A stretch of DNA of 32,000 nt, taken from positions 720,001 through 752,000 of the forward strand of contig JBDHVY010000001.1 in NCBI GenBank assembly GCA_039809905.1. Reading direction: 5' to 3'. The stretch is from Candidatus Babelota bacterium (lineage in GTDB: Bacteria; Babelota; Babeliae; Babelales; Vermiphilaceae). Shown here in pieces: positions 23,589 to 32,000 of this stretch. A program made the position numbers and the translations under genes. The number at the start of each line of letters is the position of its first letter. Position 1 is the stretch's first letter. The notes under the pieces are model-generated. The model searched no databases, was not told where the DNA came from, and worked only from the letters and a program-made list of their open reading frames with translations.

Positions 23589-24014
23589 TTATAATTTTAA
23601 TTGAGCTCCAATATATGCATTAGCCTCTTCTAAAATCTTTTTAGATCTATCATGAGTTATTTTTTCAAGTGCCTGATCATAAGGCAACCATTCATAATCA
23701 GTATGTTCATGAGAAAGAATAACATCTTGATTGGGTGTTTGTCCCACAAAATAATCCACTGTTTTAGGTACAACACCATGCTGATAATGAGTATAAAAAT
23801 AATTGGATGTTGCCATAAAATCTGGATCAATATCTGCTGTTAATCCTGTTTCTTCATGTAATTCTCTGATTGCTGTTTGTTGCCTGGTTTCTCCAGGCTC
23901 CATGGTACCTTTGGGAAAATCCCAATGCCCAGCGGTGTGGTGTAATAAAAGATAGAGAGGTTTATTATTTTTAATGAAATAGGTAATAATACCTGCTGAA
24001 TATACATGTTTCAT
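23589..24014 (-). CDS. Nudix hydrolase (Ap4A-hydrolase-like), 141 aa
   Basis: WDFPKGTMEPGETRQQTAIRELHEETGL matches GX5EX7REUXEEXGU exactly. Confidence 0.92.
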   Translation of the reverse strand: MKHVYSAGIITYFIKNNKPLYLLLHHTAGHWDFPKGTMEPGETRQQTAIRELHEETGLTADIDPDFMATSNYFYTHYQHGVVPKTVDYFVGQTPNQDVILSHEHTDYEWLPYDQALEKITHDRSKKILEEANAYIGAQLKL

Positions 24015-24055
24015 AAGGATTCTTTCTTTAAAAGAGGGTTCCGCACGTAAAAATG

Positions 24056-25705
24056 TTAACGTGAGGTTGAAAAAAAATGTAACTGTATTCTGAAAAAATT
24101 ACGCGTGTAATAAAGCAAGCCAAGCAATGCAATAGAAAGTGGCCCCACCCATAACCAAAGTCCAATTTTAGCGGTGAAAAATAATGCAATTGTTGTGGGC
24201 ATATATGTAGTAATCATATAATTACAGAAACGATACAAGGTTAAAAATAAACATCCGCATAGGCTGAGCTGTATTAAATACGCTATAACAAATGATATAA
24301 ATCGTCCTATATACATGCGAAAATGATATTTGTTTTTTAAAATTAGTAAGAAAAACATGGTTTGTATCATTGAAGATACGGCTGTTGCAAAAACAAGGCC
24401 GGCTGCTTGAAAATGATTTATTAAAAGCATGTTGAGCATCACATTAATGGTAGTTGTTGCTAAAGCAACAACAGCAGTAATCCATGCAGCATGCATAGAA
24501 TAAAAAATACTCAATAATATTTTGTTGAGCGATAAAAAAAATAAACCGGGAAGCAATGCGAGCAATATTGTGCTTGCTTGTTGAACATGTACCATAGTAA
24601 ATTTTTCCGAAAGGAAAATAGTTGAGAAAATTTCCTGAGAAAAAAATGCCATAAGAGCTGTGATGGGAACAGTAACCCAAAACACAAATTTTGTAGCTTC
24701 AAGTAAATAAAAATGAAGGCGTTTTGGAGAGTATGTATTGATACGAGAAAAATGTGGCAATAAAATTGTAGAAAAAGCGACTGCAAAAGCACCCAGTGGT
24801 ATTCCAACAAATCGATTTGCATATGAAATAAGAGATATAGATCCTGCAGGCAAAAGTGATGCAAAGCTTGTATCAATAAAAAGAGCAACTTCCATTAAAC
24901 TGATACCAGGAAGACATAATAAAAATTTACCCATAATGCCCATTACTAGATGCAAGTCCTGACGGTTTATTTTTCCAAATGAAAAACCAGCTTTTAAGTA
25001 AGCAATGACGTGTAATGCAAAGTGTGCACATCCAGATAATATAATAAACCAACATAGCGCAGTAATTGGTAAATGAAACCACAGAGCACAAGCTATACCG
25101 CTGATAACAATGATATTTGTTAATACTTGAGCAATTGCAGGAATAAAAAATTTACCAACTGATTGCAATGCACCTCCAAGCAAAGAACTGCTTGAGATAA
25201 ATAAAATAAATGGCATAAGAATATGCAGCATTGTGGTTGCTGCATATATTTGCTCAGGAGTAAACCCAGGAGCAATAAATGCTATTATTGGCTGTGCATA
25301 GAACATAATTAAAAGGCATAGGGCAAGAACCATTCCTTCAAAAAGGAGGAACGTGAGAGACATAAGACCTGCAATAGCTTGTGTATTGTTGTTGCGTGTT
25401 ATTACTGTTGCAGTGGGAATGAATGCTGCAGAAAGAGCTCCTTCTGCAAATGCTTTACGCAAAGAATTTGGTATTTTGTACGCCGTTACAAAAGCATCAG
25501 ATAAACTACTTGCTCCCAAATAACGAACAAGAAGTGCATCGCGTATCAGGCCAAACAATCTACTTGCAAGGGTTGATCCACCGACTTCAATTATTTTTTT
25601 AATAATTTTTGTTGAAGATGAAGTTTTCTGACGCTGAGAACTTTGAGGCTCTGGAGACGATGTTATGGTTGATGATAATTTTTCATGTTTATCGTGGTTG
25701 ATCAT
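24056..25705 (-). CDS. murJ: Lipid II flippase MurJ, 549 aa
   Basis: STLASRLFGLIRDALLVRYLGASSLSDAFVTAYKIPNSLRKAFAEGALSAAFIP, ISYANRFVGIPLGAFAVAFSTILLPHFSR; multi-TM. Confidence 0.95.
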   Translation of the reverse strand: MINHDKHEKLSSTITSSPEPQSSQRQKTSSSTKIIKKIIEVGGSTLASRLFGLIRDALLVRYLGASSLSDAFVTAYKIPNSLRKAFAEGALSAAFIPTATVITRNNNTQAIAGLMSLTFLLFEGMVLALCLLIMFYAQPIIAFIAPGFTPEQIYAATTMLHILMPFILFISSSSLLGGALQSVGKFFIPAIAQVLTNIIVISGIACALWFHLPITALCWFIILSGCAHFALHVIAYLKAGFSFGKINRQDLHLVMGIMGKFLLCLPGISLMEVALFIDTSFASLLPAGSISLISYANRFVGIPLGAFAVAFSTILLPHFSRINTYSPKRLHFYLLEATKFVFWVTVPITALMAFFSQEIFSTIFLSEKFTMVHVQQASTILLALLPGLFFLSLNKILLSIFYSMHAAWITAVVALATTTINVMLNMLLINHFQAAGLVFATAVSSMIQTMFFLLILKNKYHFRMYIGRFISFVIAYLIQLSLCGCLFLTLYRFCNYMITTYMPTTIALFFTAKIGLWLWVGPLSIALLGLLYYTRNFFRIQLHFFSTSR

Positions 25706-26390
25706 GAGTGACCTTTTGTGTTAATTTTCCTTTGCTGAGAATAAATATTTCATCCATTCTTTCAGTGACATAATCATCATGGCTACTGATAATAATTCCC
25801 ATACCCCATTCATCATGGCATGATAGGAGAAGATCAATAATTGCTTTTCCTGTTGCAAGATCAAGATTGCCGGTGGGTTCATCAGCAATTAAAAAAGCTG
25901 GTTGATTAAATAAAGCGCGCGCAATAGCAACCCGTTGCTGCTGTCCACCAGAAAGCTCGCCTGGTTTGGAATCTTTTTTTTCAAAAACACCTACTTTTTT
26001 AAGTAAACCTTCTGCTCTGAGTTGGCATTCATCTTTTGTTTTTCCGTTGATAAGTCCGGGTAGAATTACATTTTCGAGCACTGAAAGTTCGCCAAGCAAA
26101 TGAGGAGATTGAAATACCAATCCAATCGATGTATTTAAAAAATGTGAATGAGCAGATGGAGATAGGGTGTTGAGGACTTTATGATTAAATAAAACTGTTC
26201 CAGAGCTTGGTGTCTCTAGACCGGCTAAGATATGCATAAATGTTGATTTGCCTGATCCAGAAATTCCCGTAATAGCATAACTTTTTTCTTGCGTAAATAG
26301 GACATCTATGTTATCAAGAACAATAATACTTTCTTGTCCTTGTATAAAATTTTGAGATATGCCTTGCGTTGCAAGTGTGGAATTTTGCAT
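25689..26390 (-). CDS. ABC transporter ATP-binding protein, LolD/MacB/FtsE-like, 233 aa
   Basis: Walker A GISGSGKSTFMHI, signature ELSGGQQQRVAIARALFNQPAFLIADEPTGNLD, switch His SSHDDYV. Confidence 0.92.
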   Translation of the reverse strand: MQNSTLATQGISQNFIQGQESIIVLDNIDVLFTQEKSYAITGISGSGKSTFMHILAGLETPSSGTVLFNHKVLNTLSPSAHSHFLNTSIGLVFQSPHLLGELSVLENVILPGLINGKTKDECQLRAEGLLKKVGVFEKKDSKPGELSGGQQQRVAIARALFNQPAFLIADEPTGNLDLATGKAIIDLLLSCHDEWGMGIIISSHDDYVTERMDEIFILSKGKLTQKVTHDQPR

Positions 26391-26630
26391 AATATGTCTT
26401 TCATGTAATTTCGTATCAGGAGACTTGTGAGATATCCCTCACCTTCTTTATTATAGAACCATAAATTGGCTTTTCATAGCAAAAAACTTCATAAAAATGA
26501 TAGTGTTTTACACAAAGTCTATTTGATAAGAACTTTTTGACTCCTCCGCTACAATTATTGAGTTAGTTTGATGTAATCTCATAAACTAGACTTGTAATGT
26601 ACAGCACAAAATAAAAAGTAGGGGAGTGAT

Positions 26631-28988
26631 ATGAAAAGTGTTGTCAGTCAAAAAAAGGCGAATGTTTCTCCAGAAATATTGCCAGTTATACCAACTATGG
26701 ATGTTGTTGTTTTTCCGCAAATTATTGTACCATTGCTTGTTCTTGATGAGAAAATAATAAGCGGAATTAATCGTGCTATAGAAGAGAAAAAAATGGTTTT
26801 CCTTCTTGCTGCAAAAAACGGCGTTGATCCACAAGGATCAATTAGCACTGATGATTTATATACTGTCGGAACGGTTGCTTCAGTAATGCGTCTTATCAAA
26901 ATGCCTGAAGGTGGGATTAAAATTCTGGTTCAAGGGGTAAGCAAAGCGCGTGCGCTTGACATTATGACAAATGATAATGCTCTTCAAGCAAAAGTCCAAA
27001 AGATTGAAGTGGAAGAAAGTAATGCTAATGAGTTATCCGCATGTGTGCAAAAAATTAAAAAAATTGCAGACCAAATGGCAACCTCAGGATATACCTTTAG
27101 TCCTGATTTTCATATTATTTTGTCAAAAATGAGCGATGCAGGAAAAATAGGTGATTTTATTTTATCTCATTTAAATCTTACTGTTGATGATGCGCAAAAA
27201 TTACTTGAAACAGAAAGTCAAAAAGATTTTCTGATCATGCTTTCTGATTATTTAAGTAAAGAAGTACAAGTTGCAGAAATTCAGGAAAAAATCAGAAACA
27301 ATGCGCGAGAATCAATGAATCGCTCTCAAAAAGAGTTTTATTTACGCGAGCAATTAAAGGCGATAAAACAAGAATTAGGTGAAGATGATCTTGAAGAAAT
27401 AGAAGATATGCGCGAAAAACTAGAAGTATTGTGTGTATCTGATGAAATAAAAAAAGAAATTAATCGTCATATTAATCGTCTTGAGCGTACTGCCCCCGAT
27501 TCGCTTGAGGCAACGGTAACGCGTAATCATTTGGAATGGGTATTTGCATTGCCGTGGAATAATTCAACAGAAGATAATTTAGATATTGCTCATGCAAAAC
27601 AAATTCTTGATGAAGATCATTTTGGATTAAAAGAAATTAAAGAACGTATTCTTGATTTTATATCAGTACGTAATTTAAAAAAAGATGGTTTTGCACCAAT
27701 TCTTTGTTTTGTAGGTCCGCCAGGTACGGGTAAAACATCACTAGGAAAATCAATTGCGCGAAGCTTAGGCAGAGAGTATGGCAGAATTTCTCTTGGTGGT
27801 GTAAAAGATGAAGCAGAAATTCGTGGTCACAGAAGAACTTATGTAGGTGCTATGCCCGGAAGATTTATTCAAGCATTACGAAAAACAGGTACACGTAATC
27901 CACTTATTGTCATTGATGAGCTTGATAAAATAGGGGCAGATTTTAGAGGAGATCCTTCAGCAGCAATGCTTGAAGTGCTTGATCCGCAACAAAACAAAAC
28001 ATTTTATGATAACTATCTAGGAATCCCATTCGATTTATCAGAAGTTATGTTCATAGCAACAGCAAACAATGCGGATATTATTTCTGAGCCATTACGTGAT
28101 CGTATGGAAATTATTGAATTAAGTGGCTATACCTTAGAAGAAAAAACAAATATTGCGCGTCAGCACTTAGTAAAAAAATCAATTGTTAATGCTGGCCTTA
28201 ATCCAAGCGATATTATTATCCCTGATCTTATTGTTCAAAAAATTATTGCAGATTACACAAAAGAATCAGGAGTGCGACAATTAGAAAGATTGATTGGTAA
28301 ACTATGCTCAAAGGCTGCGCGTAATTTTGTTGAAACAAAACAGCTTCCAGAATTTTTAGTACAAAATCTTGAACAATATCTTGGACCATGCAGATTTATT
28401 GATGATGGTGCAAATAAAAATCACCAAATTGGTATATCAAATGGTCTTGCATGGACATCTGTTGGCGGAGAAATTCTGCAAATAGAGGCGATGCTTATGC
28501 CGGGAACGGGGAAGCTGTTGTTAACCGGTCAGCTGGGAGATGTCATGAAAGAATCAGCGCAAGCGGCACGCAGTTATGCGTGTGCGCATGCAAAAGATTT
28601 TGGCATTGATAATAAAATGTTTACTGAATTCGATATGCATATTCATCTTCCTGCAGGAGCAGTGCCAAAAGATGGACCTTCAGCAGGGCTTGCAATGCTT
28701 ACGGCAATGCTTTCAACATTAACAAATCGTCCTATCAATGCTGATTATGCAATGACAGGAGAATTAAATTTGCGTGGTGAAGTTATGCCAATTGGTGGCG
28801 TGAAGGAAAAAATATTGGCAGCAAAACGGAATAATATTCCGTATGTGATTTTGCCAAGGAAAAATAGCCATAATTTAGCAGAACTTGATGGCATGACTGA
28901 AGGCATTGATATTATTTTGGTTGATCATGCAAATGATATTATTGATAAGTTATTAATGCCGGCTGATGAGCGTAAGAGTTTTGCGTAA
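26631..28988 (+). CDS. lon: ATP-dependent protease Lon, 785 aa
   Basis: PVIPTMDVVVFPQIIVPL, Walker A FVGPPGTGKTSLGKSIA, catalytic region MPAGAVPKDGPSAGLAM and GVKEKILAAKRN. Confidence 0.98.
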   Translation: MKSVVSQKKANVSPEILPVIPTMDVVVFPQIIVPLLVLDEKIISGINRAIEEKKMVFLLAAKNGVDPQGSISTDDLYTVGTVASVMRLIKMPEGGIKILVQGVSKARALDIMTNDNALQAKVQKIEVEESNANELSACVQKIKKIADQMATSGYTFSPDFHIILSKMSDAGKIGDFILSHLNLTVDDAQKLLETESQKDFLIMLSDYLSKEVQVAEIQEKIRNNARESMNRSQKEFYLREQLKAIKQELGEDDLEEIEDMREKLEVLCVSDEIKKEINRHINRLERTAPDSLEATVTRNHLEWVFALPWNNSTEDNLDIAHAKQILDEDHFGLKEIKERILDFISVRNLKKDGFAPILCFVGPPGTGKTSLGKSIARSLGREYGRISLGGVKDEAEIRGHRRTYVGAMPGRFIQALRKTGTRNPLIVIDELDKIGADFRGDPSAAMLEVLDPQQNKTFYDNYLGIPFDLSEVMFIATANNADIISEPLRDRMEIIELSGYTLEEKTNIARQHLVKKSIVNAGLNPSDIIIPDLIVQKIIADYTKESGVRQLERLIGKLCSKAARNFVETKQLPEFLVQNLEQYLGPCRFIDDGANKNHQIGISNGLAWTSVGGEILQIEAMLMPGTGKLLLTGQLGDVMKESAQAARSYACAHAKDFGIDNKMFTEFDMHIHLPAGAVPKDGPSAGLAMLTAMLSTLTNRPINADYAMTGELNLRGEVMPIGGVKEKILAAKRNNIPYVILPRKNSHNLAELDGMTEGIDIILVDHANDIIDKLLMPADERKSFA

Positions 28989-29007
28989 AACATCTGATAA
29001 ATAAAAA

Positions 29008-29037
29008 AAGGGATGGTGAATCTCACCATCCCTTTCT
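29008..29037. terminator. Terminator between convergent lon and 29065..29979
   Basis: AAGGGATGGTGA-ATC-TCACCATCCCTTT, 12+ bp stem. Confidence 0.88.
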
Positions 29038-29064
29038 CATTTCTTATATTCTTTATGATTATTT

Positions 29065-29979
29065 CTATGCTTTCGCCGGTTGTTTTTGTTGTTGCTGTTT
29101 TACTTGTTGTTCAAGTTTTTTTTGCTCAGTTTGTTTTTGAGCGACATTTTTTTCTGCTTTTGCGATTTCCTCTGGTGTTGCATCAGGATCGGCGAGTAAT
29201 GAATTAAGGAAATCTTTTGCGCTATTATAAGCAAATTGTGCGAGATTAAGTTTATTTTGCGTTTCAAGTAATGCATTAAGTGTTCCCCAAGCAGCTGCTA
29301 AAGATAATCCCGCTTTAACAGCTGAAATACCGGTTACCGTTCCACCAAAAAGATGATAATCAGCACCCAAAGCTGCAGCATACATTAAAGATTTAAATGC
29401 AGTACTCCACTTTATTCCTGCGATTATTTCTTGATTATAGATGATATTATCTATTTTTTCTGATAATGGTATCCATTCAGAGAATTTTTGTTTTGCAATT
29501 TCGTATGTGGCTTCTTTTCCCTTGACTGGCGAGCCATCTTCTGTGGTAATAACAGCCCATATATCATTTAAATCTTTAATTTTTTTGTCTAATTTTACTT
29601 TCATCGGATAAAGGTCTGCCAATTTTGCTTTAGCCTTATCTTTTTGTTCTTTTGAGTATCCCGTTATTAGTTCACTGAATGTTGAGCGTTCTTCATGAGT
29701 TTCTTCAAGGTCTTCAAGTAATTCTGCTGCGGCCTCAGAAATTTTCTGTTTTACAACAGCTTTTTTTTCTGGCGTATTGGCTGTTGTTAGAGCTTTCATA
29801 GTATCGTTTAATTTTCTGGTGTCAGCGGTTGTTTTTTTATCAATCATGGTAGTGGATTTTTGTGCTTGTGTTTGTTGCTGAGGTATTGAGCTGGTTTTTG
29901 TACCTTTTTTTGCGTGCACGGTGTTTACCATAGCGCACGATAATGCTATTGTTGCAAGGATGGTTATTATTTTTTTCAT
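29065..29979 (-). CDS. Exported coiled-coil-rich hypothetical protein, 304 aa
   Basis: Signal MKKIITILATIALSCAMVNTVHA; Lys/Glu/Gln-rich helical segments; central hydrophobic segment. Confidence 0.75.
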   Translation of the reverse strand: MKKIITILATIALSCAMVNTVHAKKGTKTSSIPQQQTQAQKSTTMIDKKTTADTRKLNDTMKALTTANTPEKKAVVKQKISEAAAELLEDLEETHEERSTFSELITGYSKEQKDKAKAKLADLYPMKVKLDKKIKDLNDIWAVITTEDGSPVKGKEATYEIAKQKFSEWIPLSEKIDNIIYNQEIIAGIKWSTAFKSLMYAAALGADYHLFGGTVTGISAVKAGLSLAAAWGTLNALLETQNKLNLAQFAYNSAKDFLNSLLADPDATPEEIAKAEKNVAQKQTEQKKLEQQVKQQQQKQPAKA

Positions 29980-30031
29980 TAAAATTCCTTATTTTTTTTG
30001 GTAAAGCACACTAATTATTTTATACATTTTG

Positions 30032-31357
30032 CTATGGTGCTGATGCTGGCGTTGGTTGAAAATATCTATCGATAGGTAAATAAGTATCTTTATATGTTGT
30101 TGGTGTCGACATTGGTGTTGGTACTTTTCCTACTGGCACTGATGCAGGTTTTGATTGCGGTGTTGTTGTTGGCGCTGGTGCTGAATAATACCAATCTCTA
30201 AATCTGTCTATAACATCTTTTTGTGGTGGAGTTGCTGCTGTAGATTGTGATGTTGGTGCAGGTGGCGATGATTGCGCTGGAGTTGGTATTGGTGCAGATG
30301 CTGGTTGAGCTGTTGATGCTGGCGTTGATGTGAACCATCCAAAAAAACCTTTTTGTGGTGGAGTTGCTGCAGGTGGCGATGATTGCGCTGGAGTTGGTAT
30401 TGGTGCAGATGCTGGTTGAGCTGTTGATGCTGGCGTTGATGTGAACCATCCAAAAAAACCTTTTTGTGGTGGAGTTGCTGTGGTTGATTGTGGTGCTGGT
30501 GCAGGTGGCGATGATTGTGCTGGAGCTGTTGTGGGCGTTGGTGTGGCTGTTGGTTTTGACAATGGTTGAGGTACTGAGGGTTGATTTGTTGTTGATGTTT
30601 TTGGTGCTTGGCTTGAACCACTTCTTTTGGGAGTTATTTTTTTAGCATAATCTGCAAATTTCTCTTTCCAAGACATAGGATGTTTTGTTTGTTCTGATGG
30701 ATAAGCCCAGTTGCGAAGTTTTTCTTTTAGTTTTCCATACCAATTTAATGTGGGAACAGGTATTTCATTTGGTGAGGGAGCAGGCGTTCCATCAATTTTG
30801 CTATTTGTTGTTGTGAAATATTTTATACCAACTCCAACAATAACAGCAGTAATTCCTAAGCCAGCCAATATTTTAATGGCATTTTCCATCTGGATGCTAT
30901 ATGGTTTTCCTGTTTTGCGTTCTAATTTTTCAATTTCGTTTTTTATAACTGCTAAATCTGCATTAAGTTTTGTTAATTCGCTATTAGCTTTTATATAATC
31001 AGCTTGTTGTTTTTCGGTTGTTCTAAAACCAAAATAACCATAATCTATATGATGTATGTCTTGTTCTTTTTTATTAATTTTTTCTAGTAACTTATCTCGT
31101 TCAACGATTTTTGCATCCAGTTCTTGTTGATCAGATGTTTTATCAGGATCAGTTATTGTTTCGATAAGTTTTTTTGCTGCTTCTGTTTTTTCTTCCTCAG
31201 TTTTTGCAACTTCTACTTTTTTAGTTGCTTGTAGTATTTCTCTTGATGTTACAGGAGTAGACATTGATCTTCCTCTCGTTCCTTTTTTTGCTTCAAGGAT
31301 ACTTATCACGGTGCAAGAAAATATGATTGTTATACATAGAGTTAAGATCTTTTTCAT
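30032..31357 (-). CDS. Exported/membrane protein with Pro/Thr/Ala-rich low-complexity C-terminus, 441 aa
   Basis: Signal-like MKKILTLCITIIFSCTVISILEA; coiled coil; TM segment ILAGLGITAVIVGVGIKYF; repeats of TPPQKGFFGWFTSTPASTAQPASAPIPTPAQSSP. Confidence 0.78.
   Translation of the reverse strand: MKKILTLCITIIFSCTVISILEAKKGTRGRSMSTPVTSREILQATKKVEVAKTEEEKTEAAKKLIETITDPDKTSDQQELDAKIVERDKLLEKINKKEQDIHHIDYGYFGFRTTEKQQADYIKANSELTKLNADLAVIKNEIEKLERKTGKPYSIQMENAIKILAGLGITAVIVGVGIKYFTTTNSKIDGTPAPSPNEIPVPTLNWYGKLKEKLRNWAYPSEQTKHPMSWKEKFADYAKKITPKRSGSSQAPKTSTTNQPSVPQPLSKPTATPTPTTAPAQSSPPAPAPQSTTATPPQKGFFGWFTSTPASTAQPASAPIPTPAQSSPPAATPPQKGFFGWFTSTPASTAQPASAPIPTPAQSSPPAPTSQSTAATPPQKDVIDRFRDWYYSAPAPTTTPQSKPASVPVGKVPTPMSTPTTYKDTYLPIDRYFQPTPASAP
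30258..30479. repeat. Two perfect tandem copies of a 111-bp in-frame coding repeat (30258-30368, 30369-30479)
   Basis: GCAGGTGGCGATGATTGCGCTGGAG...CTTTTTGTGGTGGAGTTGCT, read as two identical 111-nt units; encodes a 37-aa repeat. Confidence 0.9.
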
Positions 31358-31486
31358 GAAATTCCTTTTTTAATCGTATTAATGCAGTAATAATTTGAGT
31401 TAATACTGCTATATTAATAGTAACAAATAGAATTTCAAATTGTCAATGATTGAGGTTGTTTAAGAATATGGATGGGGTTAAAATAA

Positions 31487-31515
31487 AAAGGGCAGCATGA
31501 TAACATGCCGCCCAC
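31487..31515 (-). terminator. Terminator of the truncated minus-strand gene at the window edge
   Basis: GGGCAGCATG-ATAA-CATGCCGCCC stem with flanking A/T runs. Confidence 0.75.
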
Positions 31516-31538
31516 TTTTAAGCTTGTTGTAATGTATG

Positions 31539-32000
31539 TTACATATCAGATAAATCTGCAGCTCTTTCCATAGTCATAGGAGCTCTTGGTGTTCTTACTC
31601 TAGGTACATCGTAAGTTTGTCCTGCTGGGAATTTTTCTGCAGTAGTACCAGCTTTTTCAGCAAGCCATCTTTTTGTTCTACCATATACATTTTCTTGCAC
31701 TGCTGGCTCTGCTGGTGTGCCTCTTAAGCCTGCTGGAAGGTATGATTTAGCACCTGCGTATGCTTGAGCGCCTTTTTCTGTGAGGTATGCTCTACCTTTA
31801 CCATCAAATTTGTAAGCATCAACTGCAAGAGCAACACCAGCTGCAGCTGCTATAGTTACTGCACCAACAGCGCCTTTAATTGCGCTTGCATATGATTTAC
31901 CAGCAATAACAGTTTGATTTTTGATTGCTTTCTCAATATTGCTTTTTCTAGTTTTAAGAGTTTTTAAGTCACCAGAAAGTGTTGCATGTTCTTCTTTTTT
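31539..32000 (-). CDS. Hypothetical protein, N-terminus beyond window edge, C-terminal 153 aa visible
   Basis: Manual minus-strand translation is open from 32000 to a TAA at 31539-31541: ...NIEKAIKNQTVIAGKSYASAIKGAVGAVTIAAAAGVALAVDAYKFDGKGRAYLTEKGAQAYAGAKSYLPAG...PRAPMTMERAADLSDM. Absent from the ORF track. Confidence 0.75.
   Translation of the reverse strand, partial: KKEEHATLSGDLKTLKTRKSNIEKAIKNQTVIAGKSYASAIKGAVGAVTIAAAAGVALAVDAYKFDGKGRAYLTEKGAQAYAGAKSYLPAGLRGTPAEPAVQENVYGRTKRWLAEKAGTTAEKFPAGQTYDVPRVRTPRAPMTMERAADLSDM

Noticed and set aside
24444-24962. Several overlapping ORFs (78, 125 and 74 aa) inside murJ
   Set aside because: murJ is a strong family match; the alternatives are shadow frames of its transmembrane codons.
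26400-26630. Heat-shock or CIRCE-type control element upstream of lon
   Set aside because: No convincing CIRCE inverted repeat or sigma-32-like promoter could be supported by eye.
30241-30500. Possible CRISPR-like repeat region
   Set aside because: Units are 111 bp, adjacent and in-frame in a coding sequence, with no unique spacers and no cas genes.
30198-30621. ORFs rich in Gln/His/Asn in alternate minus-strand frames over the repeat region
   Set aside because: Out-of-frame readings of the 441-aa gene's tandem repeat; composition is an artefact of the Pro/Thr/Ala codons.

Overview
This 32 kb window is mostly ordinary bacterial chromosome, AT-rich and densely coded. It mixes conserved housekeeping genes with many short, lineage-specific exported proteins. 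Recognisable genes: tsaD, a DUF2062-type membrane protein, smpB, ssrA (tmRNA), two Nudix hydrolases, a LigD-type ATP-dependent DNA ligase divergent from Ku (two-gene NHEJ), a 7-repeat YVTN beta-propeller protein, an outer-membrane-like beta-barrel protein, a 941-aa exported protein, a YifB/ComM-type AAA+ protein, acpS, an Lnt-like carbon-nitrogen hydrolase, an initiator tRNA, an exported HAD-like protein, murJ, a LolD-like ABC ATPase and lon. The gene mix and small exported proteins remind me of an endosymbiotic or reduced-genome lineage such as Candidatus Dependentiae (TM6), but that is inference only. I found no transposase, CRISPR array, prophage or clear defence island, and no convincing new multi-gene system. 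The best leads are: (i) a family of GGGGTCCCC-type intergenic hairpins, three of four just downstream of minus-strand stop codons; (ii) an array of small exported proteins, with two likely paralogs flanking the tmRNA; (iii) minimal Ku/ligase NHEJ with a four-cysteine motif in Ku; (iv) a tmRNA tag ending in GLA; (v) tandem paralogs of unknown exported families; (vi) a perfect 111-bp coding tandem repeat.
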